IMG/VR virus record: IMGVR_UViG_3300045451_000008
Span: 1 to 64,000 of that record
Length of the DNA: 64,000 nt
Strand: one strand, 5' to 3'
Origin: a virus
Position 1 is the stretch's first letter, and each line of letters starts with the position of its first letter. Both the position numbers and the translations under genes were made by a program. Of this stretch, positions 1 through 8,298 are shown piece after piece. Below the pieces are notes generated by a model. That model had not been told where the DNA came from and did not search any database. It saw nothing but the letters and a program-made list of their open reading frames with translations.

Positions 1-625
1 CCGCAGCATGAACGTCACTCAGAACCTCATCCGCCAGTGCTTCGACGTCGGCATGACGGTGCAGGGTCCCATGGAGAGCAACTCTGCGTCCAACATCCTT
101 TACCAGGGCAACTGGATCGAGAACTGCAACCAGTCCTTCGAGGTGTGGGCGACCACCTCTTCCACTCCTTCAGCTCTGCCGCTCGCCAAGATCTTCTTCA
201 CCGAGAACGTATGCGTGGGAGCAGGACGTAGCTGGGCGGCAGCAGCTCGGGCGGACTCGTACGGGAAGGGAATCCACCTCCTCTCCTACCAGCTCCCGGC
301 AGCTATCGAGGTCTTCGTCCGACGCAACGTCTTCTTCGACGCCAAGGATGCGCTCGCCTGGTACCACACGGACTTCCCGGCCATCCCTCGCGGTTATGTC
401 GTGGAGGACAATTCCGTCTACCTGAACTCCGGAACCAAGATCTCTTGGCAGGACGCACAGACCGTGGAGAATCCGGGCGCCAACAAGTACGTGGCGAACG
501 GAAGACTGTTCCGGATTCCGACCGGAACTACGCTGGCCGATGTCCTCGGGCAGACGGCGGCACAGGCAGCGTTTGCGGTCGAGGCGGCACGGTACTGGTC
601 CACCTCTTCCGAGATTGCAGCCTGA
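1..625 (+). CDS. C-terminal part of a right-handed beta-helix (pectin-lyase-like) protein, probable tail spike; 5' end lies outside the window
   Basis: Frame open from the window edge; repeated beta-helix-like rungs (VTQNLI, YQGNWI, FTENVC, VRRNVF, VEDNSV); tail-gene context. Confidence 0.55.
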   Translation, partial: RSMNVTQNLIRQCFDVGMTVQGPMESNSASNILYQGNWIENCNQSFEVWATTSSTPSALPLAKIFFTENVCVGAGRSWAAAARADSYGKGIHLLSYQLPAAIEVFVRRNVFFDAKDALAWYHTDFPAIPRGYVVEDNSVYLNSGTKISWQDAQTVENPGANKYVANGRLFRIPTGTTLADVLGQTAAQAAFAVEAARYWSTSSEIAA

Positions 626-676
626 TCGCTACTTGCTAGTAGCAGTGTCGAAATCTTCTCGTAGAGAGCACCCCTC

Positions 677-1600
677 ATGGCCCGCAAGCAGCTCGGAACA
701 CCAGCAGTCCAGCCCGTCGATGCTGTCGTCAAGCGGGACCTGGACACCTCGGTTGCCTCCAACAGCACGCTGACCGCACAGGCCATCGCCGCGCGCAACG
801 ACGCCGTCGCCGCCAGGCTCGGAGCAGAGGCCGCGGAGCAGAACACCAACGGGCGCCTCGTGCGTGACGTCATGGGTCTTCGAGTGGTCCATGCCAGCTA
901 CTCCGACGAGGGCGGTGGAACCACTCCCAACCCCGGCACGGGCGCTCCTGGCGACCTTCTGACCATCGGGCAGGTCACGACCCTCACCCCGGGCTCCACG
1001 GCCACAGCCACCATCACAGGCACGAGCCCGAACAAGGTCCTCAACCTGGGCATCCCTCGTGGTGTGCAGGGTGTACCCGGCGTCGGCAAGGATGGCACGG
1101 ACGGAAACGACGGCGCCGATGGCGACCGCATCACGAGCGTCTCTGTCACCACCGTGGCAGCGGGCGGCAACGCGACCGTCACCCTCGGAGGCATCAGCCC
1201 CAGCCGTACCCTGTCCTTCGGAGTTCCTCGCGGTGCCCCTGGTGCAGACGGTGCCAAGGGTGCAGCCTCCGCAGCCGAGACCATCACGTGGTCCACGGCC
1301 TCTGTCTCCATCTCGCAGTCACAGATGGAGAACACGCTCAACATCACGCTGACCGCCAGCGTCACAGCTCTCGCGCTCCCGACGCTGGCGTCCAACGTCT
1401 CTCAGACCGTGCAGCTCATCATCACCAAGGCCAGCGCGACGAACACCATCACCTGGCCGACCTCGGGAACCAGCCGCGTCTACTGGACTGAGAACGCCAT
1501 CAAGGCCCTCAGCACCACGGCGAACTCCAAGGACTACTTCTCGCTGACCTGGACCGGAGCGATCTGGGTCGGCTCGTTCGTGGGGAAGAATCTTGCATAG
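677..1600 (+). CDS. Collagen-like minor tail/fibre protein
   Basis: Gly-X-Y stretches (GVQGVPGVGKDGTDGNDGADG) and TIGxVTT...TATITGTSPNKVLNLGIPRG repeats shared with 3680..4252. Confidence 0.65.
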   Translation: MARKQLGTPAVQPVDAVVKRDLDTSVASNSTLTAQAIAARNDAVAARLGAEAAEQNTNGRLVRDVMGLRVVHASYSDEGGGTTPNPGTGAPGDLLTIGQVTTLTPGSTATATITGTSPNKVLNLGIPRGVQGVPGVGKDGTDGNDGADGDRITSVSVTTVAAGGNATVTLGGISPSRTLSFGVPRGAPGADGAKGAASAAETITWSTASVSISQSQMENTLNITLTASVTALALPTLASNVSQTVQLIITKASATNTITWPTSGTSRVYWTENAIKALSTTANSKDYFSLTWTGAIWVGSFVGKNLA

Positions 1601-2924
1601 GTCCGCACTCATCTCGCCGTACACCCTCCGACCCTGGGCGTACTCCCCTGGCGGGAGCAATCCCGGTCCTGAGGAGCCTCCGTACGAGGGTCCTCGCTCG
1701 GGCATCGGTCCGCAGGAGTACGGCGTCGTCGGTAAGACGCTGAGTCGTGGAGAGCGCGCCAACAAGACCTTCGAGGCCGCTTCGGCCTCGGGAGGTGCCA
1801 TCAAGGCAGCTATGATTCTGGCGCTCGACTGGGCCAAGCGCTACCCGACGCAGGACGTCGAGGTCACCATCCCCGGCTCCGGCTCCTCGGGTGAGCTGGT
1901 GGGTCAAGGTTCCGGCTCCACCTCCAAGCTCTTCATCGACGGCTCTGACGGCTCTCTGGACGGTTCTGGGCTGGCTCGCCGCATCCGCGTGCGTCCGGTG
2001 GACCAGTACGGCGCCATCAAGATCAAGGGCAGCTCCAAGATGGCGCCCCCTGGTGAGGTGGGCAACAAGACGACGGGCAGCATCCTCGCGGAGTTCGGCC
2101 TGCGCTTCCTCAAGGTGCACGGCTTCACCTTCCAGGAGATCGACGGTAACGAGTCCGCAATTCTTCTTTCCGGTTGCTCTAACACGGCTCTCGCCTACAT
2201 GGACCGTCTCGCCTACTGGGGCACCCTCGGCATCCCGGGCTACACGAGCTTCGACACCGAGATCGCACACGTCATGTATCGCCCGCCGCGCATCAAGAAC
2301 GGTGACGGTTGTGCCATCGGTACCGGCAGCGGCGCACAGCGCAACTTCATCAACCGGAACCTCTACCTCAGCCCCATCTACATCGGGGAGGAGGCGACGT
2401 GGAACTTCAAGCGCAAGCGCAACGCTGATGGAACGACCACCATCACCGATATCCCCGACAAGCCTCACTCCGACAACATCCAGGAGAAGGGCACGTTCGA
2501 GATGACGGGGTGGAGTGTCTACGACTCCATCATGTACGCCGCCTACAACTGCATCTTCCAGCTCGGTGGTCTGACCAAGAACTTCCTCACGGACGGCAAC
2601 TACCTCCTCGGTGAGGACATGGTCCGCAATCTCCAGCCCGCTCCGCCGAACCAGTACTGCTCGGTCTATGACTCGGCAGGTCCTGCCACCTTCCAGATCT
2701 TCAACGGTGAGGGCATCGCTCCTCACAAGAGCCGCAACTCGTACGCCTATGGGAACATGGGTGCAGCGGTATTCGCGAACACTGCCGCGGACAAGCTTTC
2801 TTCTACCTATGGACTGGACAGCAGCCCGCAGTGGACCAAGATCACCCCCAAGACTCTCGCGCAGCTCCGCACTGAAGCGCCTACTCCCCCTCCCGGAACT
2901 CAGCTCTGGGCCAAGCGCTTCTAA
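1593..2924 (+). CDS. Putative virion-associated beta-helix/polysaccharide-active protein (start uncertain)
   Basis: 443-aa ORF with phage-typical codon use; Pro-rich N-terminal linker; PHSDNIQ motif resembles the HxDxxQ motif of beta-helix glycan enzymes. Confidence 0.4.
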   Translation: MHRSALISPYTLRPWAYSPGGSNPGPEEPPYEGPRSGIGPQEYGVVGKTLSRGERANKTFEAASASGGAIKAAMILALDWAKRYPTQDVEVTIPGSGSSGELVGQGSGSTSKLFIDGSDGSLDGSGLARRIRVRPVDQYGAIKIKGSSKMAPPGEVGNKTTGSILAEFGLRFLKVHGFTFQEIDGNESAILLSGCSNTALAYMDRLAYWGTLGIPGYTSFDTEIAHVMYRPPRIKNGDGCAIGTGSGAQRNFINRNLYLSPIYIGEEATWNFKRKRNADGTTTITDIPDKPHSDNIQEKGTFEMTGWSVYDSIMYAAYNCIFQLGGLTKNFLTDGNYLLGEDMVRNLQPAPPNQYCSVYDSAGPATFQIFNGEGIAPHKSRNSYAYGNMGAAVFANTAADKLSSTYGLDSSPQWTKITPKTLAQLRTEAPTPPPGTQLWAKRF

Positions 2925-2945
2925 GAAACAAGAATTAGGAAGGAG

Positions 2946-3680
2946 ATGCCGATGGCTACCACTGACCCGAAGGACGTACCGCTCTACGAGCGAGTCGTGA
3001 CATGGGACATGGCGAACGTCCCTGGTGGATACCCTCAGCTTTCCGGCTACGACGCCAGGGAGCCCGGCACGGTCGCTCTGACCTCTCTCCCTCTGGTGGC
3101 TCTGGGCTTCGTCTTCGGTGGCTCAGGAGAAGGCTCGGGCGGTGTGGGAGACGCTGAGTACCTCAAGCAGCTCGCGCGCTCTCCCGAAGCACTCATCCAG
3201 GGTGCCATCACGGGTGACCCTGTCACTGAGGCTCAGGTCATGTGGCCTAAGGGCATCGCTGGGACTCTCAAGATTCTTGAGCGAGACCCCTCTGGTGCCG
3301 TGAACTCCTACAGCATCACCTATGGTGCCCCGACTGTCATCCGCACCTACACGCAGCCCGCCATCACAAGAAATGCGAATGGGGCGGCTACCTTCATCCC
3401 GGCTATCGTCGTGAGTGGAGAAGTCGAGCAGGACTTCCCGACGTTCGGCTCTCGCATCTCGGGTGGAAACGCTACGTCCACTCCGACCAACATCCTCTCG
3501 GGAGGCTCGGCCACGAGTGTTCCGGCCTACACCATTCGAGGTGGAGGTTCCGGAGGAGAAGCACTTCAGTTCGCCTCTGTTCTCTCGGGTGGAGACGCCA
3601 CGAGTACCCCCACCAACATCCTGCGCGGCGGAGAGTCCACCGTTGCGCCTCAGTATCAGATCAATGGAGGCGGAGCATAA
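2946..3680 (+). CDS. Putative structural protein with C-terminal GG-x-ATS repeats
   Basis: AGGAAGGAG RBS; four SGGxATSxPxxxLxGG repeats; stop overlaps the next start. Confidence 0.5.
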   Translation: MPMATTDPKDVPLYERVVTWDMANVPGGYPQLSGYDAREPGTVALTSLPLVALGFVFGGSGEGSGGVGDAEYLKQLARSPEALIQGAITGDPVTEAQVMWPKGIAGTLKILERDPSGAVNSYSITYGAPTVIRTYTQPAITRNANGAATFIPAIVVSGEVEQDFPTFGSRISGGNATSTPTNILSGGSATSVPAYTIRGGGSGGEALQFASVLSGGDATSTPTNILRGGESTVAPQYQINGGGA

Positions 3681-4252
3681 TGGCTCTCGTAATCGACGCA
3701 GTAGTTCTTCCCAAGGCCGACACCGCGGCAGCATGGGCCTCTTCCACGTACATCGCCGGTATCGGAGAGAAGCTGGCGGAGGTCGGTGGCACTGCCTCGG
3801 CTCCGGTCATCAAGTACAAGACCGGCAACGGCAAGGACACCTACCCCAACCTCTCGTACGACGGCAGTGGTACGGGCACGGGTACTCCGGGTGACCTCCT
3901 GACCATCGGCTCCGTCACCACCGTGGCGGCTGGCGGCAACGCGACCGCGACCATCACGGGCACCAGCCCGAACAAGGTCCTCAACATCGGCATCCCGCGC
4001 GGTGCGACCGGCGTCGCGGACACCCTCTCGGTCGGCACGATCACCACTCTCGCCGCGGGCGCCTCGGCCACAGCCACCATCACGGGCACCAGTCCGAACA
4101 AGGTGCTCAACCTGGGCATCCCCAAGGGTGCGGACGGCATCAACGGAACGGGCACCGGCTCGGGCGGCGGAGTCATCGTGCTCTCGCAGACCGCGACCGT
4201 CCCCTCGGGCACCCCGTCCGGAACCCTCATCGTCCGAACGGCGGCAGCGTAA
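3680..4252 (+). CDS. Minor tail/fibre protein with Mtd_N/hyaluronidase-N-like N-terminus and collagen-associated repeats
   Basis: DTAAAWAS...GE...KYKTGNGKDTYPNLSY resembles the DTAANW...GE...K.GDG...W..L.Y motif; two TITGTSPNKVLNxGIPxG repeats. Confidence 0.6.
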   Translation: MALVIDAVVLPKADTAAAWASSTYIAGIGEKLAEVGGTASAPVIKYKTGNGKDTYPNLSYDGSGTGTGTPGDLLTIGSVTTVAAGGNATATITGTSPNKVLNIGIPRGATGVADTLSVGTITTLAAGASATATITGTSPNKVLNLGIPKGADGINGTGTGSGGGVIVLSQTATVPSGTPSGTLIVRTAAA

Positions 4253-4255
4253 GCC

Positions 4256-7201
4256 ATGGTCACTTTCTCCGACAATTTCAACCGCAGCGACACGTTCTTC
4301 AACGCGTCGCCGTGGCAGTCCTCCATCCCCTCGGCGTGGAAGATCGTCAACAACGCCGCGGAGGTCATGACGACTTCCACGGTGGCCATCGTGGCGCTCG
4401 CAGAGAACCCGATGGCCACGAGCGACATGTCGGTCAAGATGAAGATCGACACCTACGCCTCGGGCTCTGTGTCGATCCTCGGGCGCGCTGACACGAACTT
4501 CACCGGCTACTACGCCGTGCGTCTTCTCACCGCAGGCATCAGCATCGTCAAGGTCATCAACGGCTCGCTCACGACGCTGGCCAGCTCCACCACGGCGCCT
4601 GTCGCGGGCATGGTCGTGGAACTGCGCATGTACGGGACGACCATCGAGGCATGGGCGCACCAGAACGGGACCAGCACCAAGGTCACGTCCGTCGTGGATT
4701 CTTCTGTGGTCTCGGGCAACATCGCTGGCTTCCGCACCAACGGCAGCTCGGTCGGCTACCGCCTGGACGAGTTCGAGGCCTCGGACTACACCAACGCCAG
4801 CACCCCGGGAGACACCGCGGTGCCCTCCAACGTGCCCTCTCTCGCCGTCTCCAACGTCACCTACAACAGCGCCACCATCTCGCACGGCGCCGCGACGGAC
4901 GACACCGGAGTGGCTGGCTATGAGGCGCGGGTCACGGTCACTGGCACGGGTGCATCCATCAGCGGCTCCCCCTTCACCTACACGGGCCTGTCCAAGGCTC
5001 TGTCGGGCCTGGCAGCCTCCACGGGCTACACGGTCTCCTCGCGGGCGTACGACGCCGCGGGCAAGTACTCCGCCACGCCCTCCGTCACCACCTTCACCAC
5101 GCCGTCCGCTCCGGTGGCCTCCACGGGCACCAAGGACGACTTCAACCGCTCCGATGCTTCTTCGCTCTCCAGCCCCTGGCTTCTCTCTGCAACCGGCGCC
5201 GTGGGCATCGTCAGCAGCGCAGCTCAGGTCACGTCTACTGCCTCCTCGGTCGTGGCCGCGTACTCCACCCTGGCTCCGACGTCGGACATGTACTGCAAGG
5301 CCAAGTTCTCCTCGCTCACGAGCACGTTCGCCATCGTGGCGCGTGCGGACGAGACGTTCCTGAACTACTACGGGGTGCGCCGTGCTTCGTCCTCGGCCAT
5401 CACGATCATCAAGGTGCTCGGCGGGGGCAGCTTCACCTCCATCGCCAGCTTCGACTACGCCCTTCAGGAGGGCGACATCATGGAGATCCGGTGCATCGGC
5501 ACCAAGATCTCTGCGGTCGTGAACAACGTCGAGCTGGGCAACGCCACGGACGGGTCCATCTCCAGCGGCCAGGGTGGCGCCTTCCGCACGACGGCTTCGG
5601 CTCAGGGTCTTCGCTTCGATGACTTCGAGATCGGCCAGGTCGTCTCCGGCTCGGACACCACGCCGCCCACGGCCCCTGGTGTCACGGTGGATGTCGGACA
5701 GACCTCGGCCACCCTGCGGGTCACCACGCCTTCCACGGACGCCTCCGGCATCTCGGGCTACCAGTACTACCGCGGTACGACCCTCCTGGCCACCACCACG
5801 GCCCTGTCGTACGTCATCACGGGTCTCACGGCGGACACCGCCTACAACGGCGTCTACGGGGTCGTGGGGCTCGATGCAGCCTCCAGCCCGAACGCCTCGT
5901 CCAAGACCACGGTGAGCTTCCGCACCAACGCCGCGAACAGCACGGGCAGCACCATCAGCCTCTGGTACAGCGGCAGTGAGAACCGGCTCGGCACGAGTGA
6001 GCCCGCAGCTCACGCGACCAACCCGCTCTGGGGAGGCCTGACCGAGTACGGGCTGAGCTACGGAAACAAGCTCAGCTACTGGACCGGCACGCAGGAAGCG
6101 GAGCTGACTCTTCAGGACGACCGTCCGGCCTTCAGCCGCTGGGTCGGCAAGCGCTACGCAGCCTGGGGAGATTCTTCTTCTGTGCTCCAGACCACGGGTG
6201 GCGTGGACTACACCGCGGCGGAGACGTGGTCTCGCCTGGTGGGCTCCGGCTTCGGCGGCACTGACCCCGACCCCTCGGCCTACCCCAACGGCCTCAACGT
6301 CACCACGAGCAACAAGCACGCCAACTCCGCCACCATGCAGGACGTCGCCACGCGCATGCTCCTCTCGGGTGGAACTTCCGAGTACGTGCCTGGCACCTGG
6401 GATGTCGTCTCCGTCTTCGCGGGTGGCAACGACGTCGGCTTCCAGCACGCCACTGACCGTGGTCGCGCCGCGTACAAGAATTCCATGTCGGCCATCCTGG
6501 GCATCCTGCGTCACAAGACGCGGGTCTCGGCTCGCTCGGCAGAGACCGGCTCGTGGGCCATCGCGGGGACGAACTACTCGGGCAACACCCGGGTCTCGTC
6601 CACTAACGGCGACACGACCACGATCACCTTCACCGGCAGCAACGCCACCCTGATTCTTCTTGCCCTGCGCTCCGGCGCCGGTTCGCAGTTCACCTATCAG
6701 GTGGACGGTGGGCAGACCATCTCGGGCACGACCAAGAATCAGGCGCAGGTCGTAGACCTCAACAGCGACTACGCCCCGGTGCCTCTGCACATCCGGGGCC
6801 TGTCCTCGGGCTCGCACACGGTCAAGGTCACGCACACGGGTGCCGCAGGGGACCCGCTCGTCGTGGACTCCGTCTTCGTCTGGGCCACCACCGAGGCTGA
6901 GATGCCCTTCGTGCTCATCGTTCCCCCGGGCCTCTTCAGCACCAAGGGAGCAGGCCTCTACCCCACGCCCAAGCCGACCAACACGGACGTCGGAGAGTTC
7001 CGCACGATGTTCAACGAGGTGCTGGCGACCTTCTCGCACGCGTCGAACATCGGCAAGGTGCTCGCGAACCGCATCGACGTGGCTTTCCCCCCGGATGACA
7101 CCACCATCCGCATCAGCGACGGCCTTCACCCGAACAAGCAGGGGCACCGCATCATCGCCTCCGTCATGCTGGAGACTCTTCGTCAGTACAGTCCGACCTG
7201 A
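4256..7201 (+). CDS. Large tail-associated protein: two lectin-like domains, two FN3 domains and a C-terminal SGNH/GDSL esterase
   Basis: DxFNRSD-initiated domains twice; FN3 motifs (ATDDTGVAGY...YTVSSRAYDAAG; STDASGISGY); SGNH blocks WGDS, GGND and DGLHPNKQGH. Confidence 0.75.
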   Translation: MVTFSDNFNRSDTFFNASPWQSSIPSAWKIVNNAAEVMTTSTVAIVALAENPMATSDMSVKMKIDTYASGSVSILGRADTNFTGYYAVRLLTAGISIVKVINGSLTTLASSTTAPVAGMVVELRMYGTTIEAWAHQNGTSTKVTSVVDSSVVSGNIAGFRTNGSSVGYRLDEFEASDYTNASTPGDTAVPSNVPSLAVSNVTYNSATISHGAATDDTGVAGYEARVTVTGTGASISGSPFTYTGLSKALSGLAASTGYTVSSRAYDAAGKYSATPSVTTFTTPSAPVASTGTKDDFNRSDASSLSSPWLLSATGAVGIVSSAAQVTSTASSVVAAYSTLAPTSDMYCKAKFSSLTSTFAIVARADETFLNYYGVRRASSSAITIIKVLGGGSFTSIASFDYALQEGDIMEIRCIGTKISAVVNNVELGNATDGSISSGQGGAFRTTASAQGLRFDDFEIGQVVSGSDTTPPTAPGVTVDVGQTSATLRVTTPSTDASGISGYQYYRGTTLLATTTALSYVITGLTADTAYNGVYGVVGLDAASSPNASSKTTVSFRTNAANSTGSTISLWYSGSENRLGTSEPAAHATNPLWGGLTEYGLSYGNKLSYWTGTQEAELTLQDDRPAFSRWVGKRYAAWGDSSSVLQTTGGVDYTAAETWSRLVGSGFGGTDPDPSAYPNGLNVTTSNKHANSATMQDVATRMLLSGGTSEYVPGTWDVVSVFAGGNDVGFQHATDRGRAAYKNSMSAILGILRHKTRVSARSAETGSWAIAGTNYSGNTRVSSTNGDTTTITFTGSNATLILLALRSGAGSQFTYQVDGGQTISGTTKNQAQVVDLNSDYAPVPLHIRGLSSGSHTVKVTHTGAAGDPLVVDSVFVWATTEAEMPFVLIVPPGLFSTKGAGLYPTPKPTNTDVGEFRTMFNEVLATFSHASNIGKVLANRIDVAFPPDDTTIRISDGLHPNKQGHRIIASVMLETLRQYSPT

Positions 7202-7225
7202 AGGGGTACCGAAACCCGGGACCCG

Positions 7226-7963
7226 ATGGCGCCCATCGCGACGTGGAACTTCGCTGAGACGAGTGGGAACTACTCGACCACGGAAGGGGACCTCACGCTT
7301 CTTCCGGGTCGAGGCGCTCCCGCTCGCGTCACCACTCCGTTCGGCTATGGAGTCTCGCTCTCGTCCAGCTTCCTCCGGGTGGACAAGGACTCCGTGGGAC
7401 GTCTCAACATCGGAGCACAGGGGAAGAACACCGTCACCATCGCCGCATGGGTCAAGCGCTCCAACACGGGCACTGGATTCCTCGCGGGGATGTGGCAGGA
7501 GGACAACACGGACCCGCGCCGCCAGTACGGGGCCTTCGTCCACCTCCCCACGTACGGTGGGTCGAACAAGGCGTGCATGCACGTCTCCAAGACCGGCGCC
7601 CCGACTCCTGGCTACCCCTACAGCCGGGACTACAGCGCTTCCGGGCAGACCATCACCAACGATGTCTGGCAGCTCCACGTGGGCACGTACGACGGCAGCG
7701 AGGCGCGGTCCTACCTCAACGGTGCGTTCCAGGCCGTGAGCAGCTACACGGACAGCCTGGGCAACACCTACGCCAAGAACCCCTACGCCTTCGCAGACGG
7801 CCTCAACGCCACCCCGTGTGACTTCACGGTGGGAGCGGTGGAGCTGTCGGCAGGGCCGGGGAACTACTTCGGTGGAGAGATGGCCAAGCTCCGTGTCTGG
7901 GACCGAGCCCTCAGCGCTTCCGAGATCTCGGCGCTCTACGCAACCGAGTCCGCCGTTCTGTGA
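7226..7963 (+). CDS. LamG/concanavalin A-like domain protein
   Basis: TIAAWVK, WQLHVGTYDG...YLNG and FGGEMAKLRVWDRALSASEISALY are typical LamG_3 motifs. Confidence 0.8.
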   Translation: MAPIATWNFAETSGNYSTTEGDLTLLPGRGAPARVTTPFGYGVSLSSSFLRVDKDSVGRLNIGAQGKNTVTIAAWVKRSNTGTGFLAGMWQEDNTDPRRQYGAFVHLPTYGGSNKACMHVSKTGAPTPGYPYSRDYSASGQTITNDVWQLHVGTYDGSEARSYLNGAFQAVSSYTDSLGNTYAKNPYAFADGLNATPCDFTVGAVELSAGPGNYFGGEMAKLRVWDRALSASEISALYATESAVL

Positions 7964-7969
7964 TAGCGT
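7961..7969 (+). promoter_or_regulatory. Extended -10 promoter (TG-n-TAGCGT) for a leaderless leader-peptide/tRNA transcript
   Basis: TGATAGCGT followed by 7 nt and then ATG at 7977, similar to the spacing at other leaderless promoters in this window. Confidence 0.55.
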
Positions 7970-7976
7970 GACCGAC

Positions 7977-8018
7977 ATGGAGCGCAACCAGCAGCAGAAT
8001 CAGTCCCACACGGGCTGA
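7977..8018 (+). CDS. Putative attenuator leader peptide MERNQQQNQSHTG
   Basis: Codons AAC CAG CAG CAG AAT CAG are six consecutive Asn/Gln codons, upstream of a terminator and tRNA-Asn/tRNA-Gln. Confidence 0.65.
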   Translation: MERNQQQNQSHTG

Positions 8019-8035
8019 CTTCTTTGCTGATCGCT

Positions 8036-8079
8036 AGAAGCCCCCCGTGCCTAACAAGGTCCGGGGGGCTTCTTCGTTT
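8036..8079 (+). terminator. Intrinsic terminator (attenuator 3:4 hairpin) upstream of the tRNA genes
   Basis: 12-bp perfect stem AGAAGCCCCCCG (8036-8047) / CGGGGGGCTTCT (8062-8073) followed by TCGTTT. Confidence 0.75.
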
Positions 8080-8092
8080 CCCGCTTCAATGA

Positions 8093-8165
8093 TCCCCTGT
8101 AGCTCAGTTGGTAGAGCGCCGCACTGTTAATGCGGATGTCGTTGGTTCGAGTCCAGCCGGGGGAG
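8093..8165 (+). tRNA. tRNA-Asn (GTT), CCA not encoded
   Basis: Acceptor TCCCCTG/CGGGGGA; D-arm GCTC-AGTTGGTA-GAGC; anticodon arm CCGCA-CTGTTAA-TGCGG; T-loop TTCGAGT. Confidence 0.93.
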
Positions 8166-8166
8166 C

Positions 8167-8241
8167 TTGCCTGTCGTCTAATCGGCAAGACGGCGCGTTC
8201 TGGGCGCGTCTATCGAGGTTCGAGTCCTTGCAGGCAAGCCA
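8167..8241 (+). tRNA. tRNA-Gln (CTG) with encoded CCA
   Basis: Acceptor TTGCCTG/CAGGCAA + G + CCA; anticodon arm GCGCG-TTCTGGG-CGCGT; T-arm CGAGG-TTCGAGT-CCTTG. Confidence 0.9.
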
Positions 8242-8298
8242 ATTCGGGTCTGCTAGTAGACTGAGACAGCTCATCTAGTAGAAGCCGGAGCCCGCCCC

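Noticed and set aside
3680-4252. Mtd_N-like domain suggesting a diversity-generating retroelement
   Set aside because: No reverse transcriptase and no adenine-specific TR/VR pair seen; the repeats differ at varied positions and both copies are coding.
3656-7987. 1443-aa minus-strand ORF, and similar long antisense ORFs such as 56271..58658 (+) and 42471..44024 (-)
   Set aside because: Shadow frames opposite well-supported genes in high-GC DNA; low-information R/G/V-rich translations with no recognisable motifs.
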